64,000 nt of DNA, from the NCBI GenBank assembly GCA_964304625.1, contig OZ199838.1, positions 1,086,809-1,150,808 on the forward strand, read 5' to 3'. The position numbers were made by a program, and so were the translations under genes. The DNA is from Kudoa neothunni. Taxonomy: Eukaryota > Animalia > Cnidaria. Shown here one piece after another: positions 60,701-64,000 of this stretch; the stretch's first letter is position 1; each line of letters begins with the position of its first letter. The notes beneath the pieces are model-generated. The model had not been told where the DNA came from and made no database searches. It was given only the letters and a program-made list of their open reading frames with translations.

Positions 60701-62873
60701 ATTACTTTCGGTACTGACGCTTCACTCTGTGTTACTTTCTTTAAAGAGGGACACTAATCTACGCCAGACACATTTGAATATATTCTTATTCTTGTAATTA
60801 TTGTAGTTAGTTATTGTAATTAATTATTGTAGTTTGGAAGTTCTTAACTAGTATACACATAAGTACACACTGCTCACTTGAGGGAGTGAACATGTTGGTG
60901 TAGTTGTGATAAGGAAGTTTAAACGGTTTGTGCTTAACAACAATCAAAAAGTTTTTGCGGATCTTTATTGAGTATTATTTGTATTTAGAAAATGAGTTAA
61001 TTAATTACATTTAATCTAATTTAAATTTTTTAATATTTTTAAGACTTGTTTTGCATATCGAATGTCATCTCTCATAATCATACTCCATGTAATATTTATT
61101 TATTCCATCCAATAAATAAAAAGTATAAATAAATTCCATTGGTTTTTTCACCATAAAAAAACTATTTATATTGATCTTTATCATAACATCGATTCGGTTA
61201 CCCTGTTTAAGGATTAACGATTTTTAACAAACAATGAGTTCATAGAGTAACCCATTCCACATATTATTAATGATTCCTTTTATATTATAATATATTATAA
61301 TATTAGAGGTAACTAATTTGAACTTTATGCCATCATCTAAGTGTAATTTTATAGTTAAAAAACTTGAGTGTAATCTACAACTTTGAATAAAGATGTAAAT
61401 AATTGGTGTTTTAATGTTTATTGATTCGATATAGAAGGTCTATAGTAAGGTATGATTTATAATAACTTCAGGAAGATTTCTGATAATGATTAGACAACCA
61501 AATTAATCATTTGTAATAGTCTGTCTATCACTTGGTTATGAAATTCATGCACCAATAATGAAAAACATTAATTAGTTTTAATGTGTTATTCTTTAGTTTA
61601 CAGTGATGGAGTATTAAAAGTTAAACAGAAACCTCAATCTATCACAGAAAATAAAACCTAGTTACATTCATTGCGCCTGCGCATTGGTAAAAGTTATCTA
61701 AAGCCCCCGACTACAGTCACCGCTTTGTCGGAAATATTAAAAACAAACAACAGCTACTAACTATGTAAATAAAATTAAAAATATTTAAATGTAAAAAAAT
61801 AAATAAATAAAAGTGAAGTGTCAGTATGGTTTCCTAAAAAAATTTTTTTTTTTAATCGGCTTAAAAATTGGTCAACTTTGTTTATATATTTGCCTTTTCA
61901 TCACCAAAAACTATCAAAAGAAGTCTCCCATTATAATTTATTACCATATGTAAGAAATTTGTTTATTCTATTTAGAGTTTAAGTTATATTTACGTTTTTA
62001 ACGTTGATTTTTAAAATGTACTGGGTTCGTATTATAATTTCATCATTTTTATTATAGTTATTTATTATAGTTATTATACATTTTCTAACCTTCTTTTTCC
62101 TTCGAAATAATTTTTGAAAGTTATCTACCTTCTTTGAACGTTTTAAATTGGTACGATGAAAATTAGACTAAATTAACCCTACCTTAATGCAAATTGGGTA
62201 TGATTATGAACAATAAGCGGGAAGATAAAAAATGGTTTCAAATCGCCTGGATATTTCAAAAATATGTAAAAGATACTTTTCGGAAAAATTCTTCCTATGT
62301 TATATATTACAAAAAATGTACTGAAGGCATCAACAGTGAAAAGTCTTCAATTATTATTACAATTAAATTTAATCCTCAAGATTCTGTAAATATGTACGCT
62401 CGCAAATTTCAATTCTAGCAATTCCTGCTTATTCGTCACATAAATAATTAGTTGCCATAATTCGCTATATTTAAATATTTTAAGTTCTCTATAATGTTTT
62501 TAGTTGTTTTCGGACATACATATAATCAATATTTGGCAAGAATAGCCCCCTTCTTGAGACATTCTACTGTAAAATAATTATTTCCAAAAGAGATTTCAAT
62601 AAATATAACGATACCATCGAAAAAACATCGATTTGCAGATTTTCTACTTATAATCTGGACTATATGAAAATATTCTTTGAAATTAATATGAAATTTTCAT
62701 GTTCGCAATTCAAAATTGTGATCTATCTATAACACATTCTACTTGAAGCATTAAAGTTAACTTGTGATTGAAAATTAGATAAAGTTTTCAAACCTTACCG
62801 TCCTGATTAGGGGTCCGAGATTCATACCCCGAGTCAAATAAAAATGATACGGCTGAGCATGTTCTTACCGTAA

Positions 62874-62904
62874 TACTGATACTGATACTGATACTGATAC
62901 TGAT
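62874..62904. repeat. (ACTGAT)n microsatellite
   Basis: Five tandem ACTGAT units are directly visible. Confidence 0.9.
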
Positions 62905-64000
62905 TCTCTGTAATCGAAATCATTCTCGAAATTATGTCATGTGTGATTCATGCGCACTCGAAGATGATAAAAGTGTTGTAAATAGTAGTTATTTTATAAC
63001 TTTTATTGAAATAGATTTACAATTTCAAATTATTATTTTTTATTTGTTAATCTGTACAACAAATACAATAATTTTATATTATTCATAAAATAAATAATCT
63101 TATTACAATGATTATTAATATCTAAATTAAAATTACACTGTTTAAATGATAAAAAACTTTTAAAATAGGTTGAATTAACAATAATTGCAATATACATTAT
63201 TTAAAAATAATGTATATTATAAGTAAAATATCGATGTAATTAGCATAAAAATTATTTTATTAGATTTTGTTGGTTCATTGTCAATTTTTATCCCTCAAAT
63301 TACAGTCAACTTTCATTCAAAAAATTATGTAAACTAAAACTTTACTTTATATATTGTTTCATCTGTTTATTTTATATATTTAATTTTTAACTTTATAATT
63401 AAACCGTATAACTATACAATTGGACATTCCACGCAAACACCATTAGTCACGTCTAATATTTTGCATTCAAATATTAAATATCTGGACCATTTATAAATAG
63501 TTATTGATTTTTTTGAGGTTTATTTGTAAAAAATTCGATGACTAAAATCGACGTTTTTTTGTTGGTTCTATCATGCGCACGCACATTACCGGGTTAATTA
63601 AAATTTAAAAAATTGGAACAAGATCCCCGAAAAATATTTTTTATCAGAAGCAATAATGAAAAAACATTGAGAAAAATGATAGAATTAGAATTTTTTGTAA
63701 TTTTGTCATTTTCTCTATCTCAAAAAAAATAACTGGCCGTGAAACGCTTTTTTAAGGATGTATCTTTCTTAGGCATTATTTTCTTTTAAATTCTATTCTG
63801 TTGTAGAGACAATTTCATTTTGCAATACGTACAGACTAATTCATTTTACACCTTCTCTATGTTGATCAATTCGACAAGAAAACTATCAATTTCTTCTCGG
63901 TAGATTTTGAATATTCCCGGAAAATTAACGTCGAAATTATTTTAAATTTTCGACATAAAATCGAAAACCACGAACCCCATTAATAAATCATGATTTATAA

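Overview
This is AT-rich eukaryotic DNA, most likely from a fast-evolving compact metazoan, with many ~40-nt GT-AG introns, so the supplied ORFs are mostly exon fragments. From left to right: (1) the 3' part of NOP2/NSUN1 (1-1372). (2) A tandem array of four same-strand paralogues (3842-6831, 17167-20091, 24851-27777, 34968-37867) of an unrecognised type-I membrane protein of roughly 820-860 aa. It has a signal peptide, six FN3-like beta-sandwich repeats each with a 4-Cys stapled loop and each on its own symmetric phase-1 exon, two micro-exons in the stalk, one TM helix and a 4-residue KKxx tail. Copies 2-4 are sequence mosaics of one another, with hypervariable distal loops and a near-identical membrane-proximal half. 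(3) Spacers between the paralogues are packed with nested transposon remnants: two Merlin/ISXO2 elements, two pogo/Tigger, two Tc1/IS630, hAT-, piggyBac- and other MITEs, two Helitron-like copies and a tRNA-headed SINE. (4) A highly divergent, polyQ-less huntingtin gene (44451-57952) that appears to keep vertebrate-like exon boundaries. (5) Poorly resolved minus-strand membrane-protein genes at about 58-60.8 kb, with NRF1-like TGCGCATGCG motifs near start codons. The best candidate for an undescribed system is the mosaic Cys-FN3 surface-protein array. All gene models were built by eye, without database searches.
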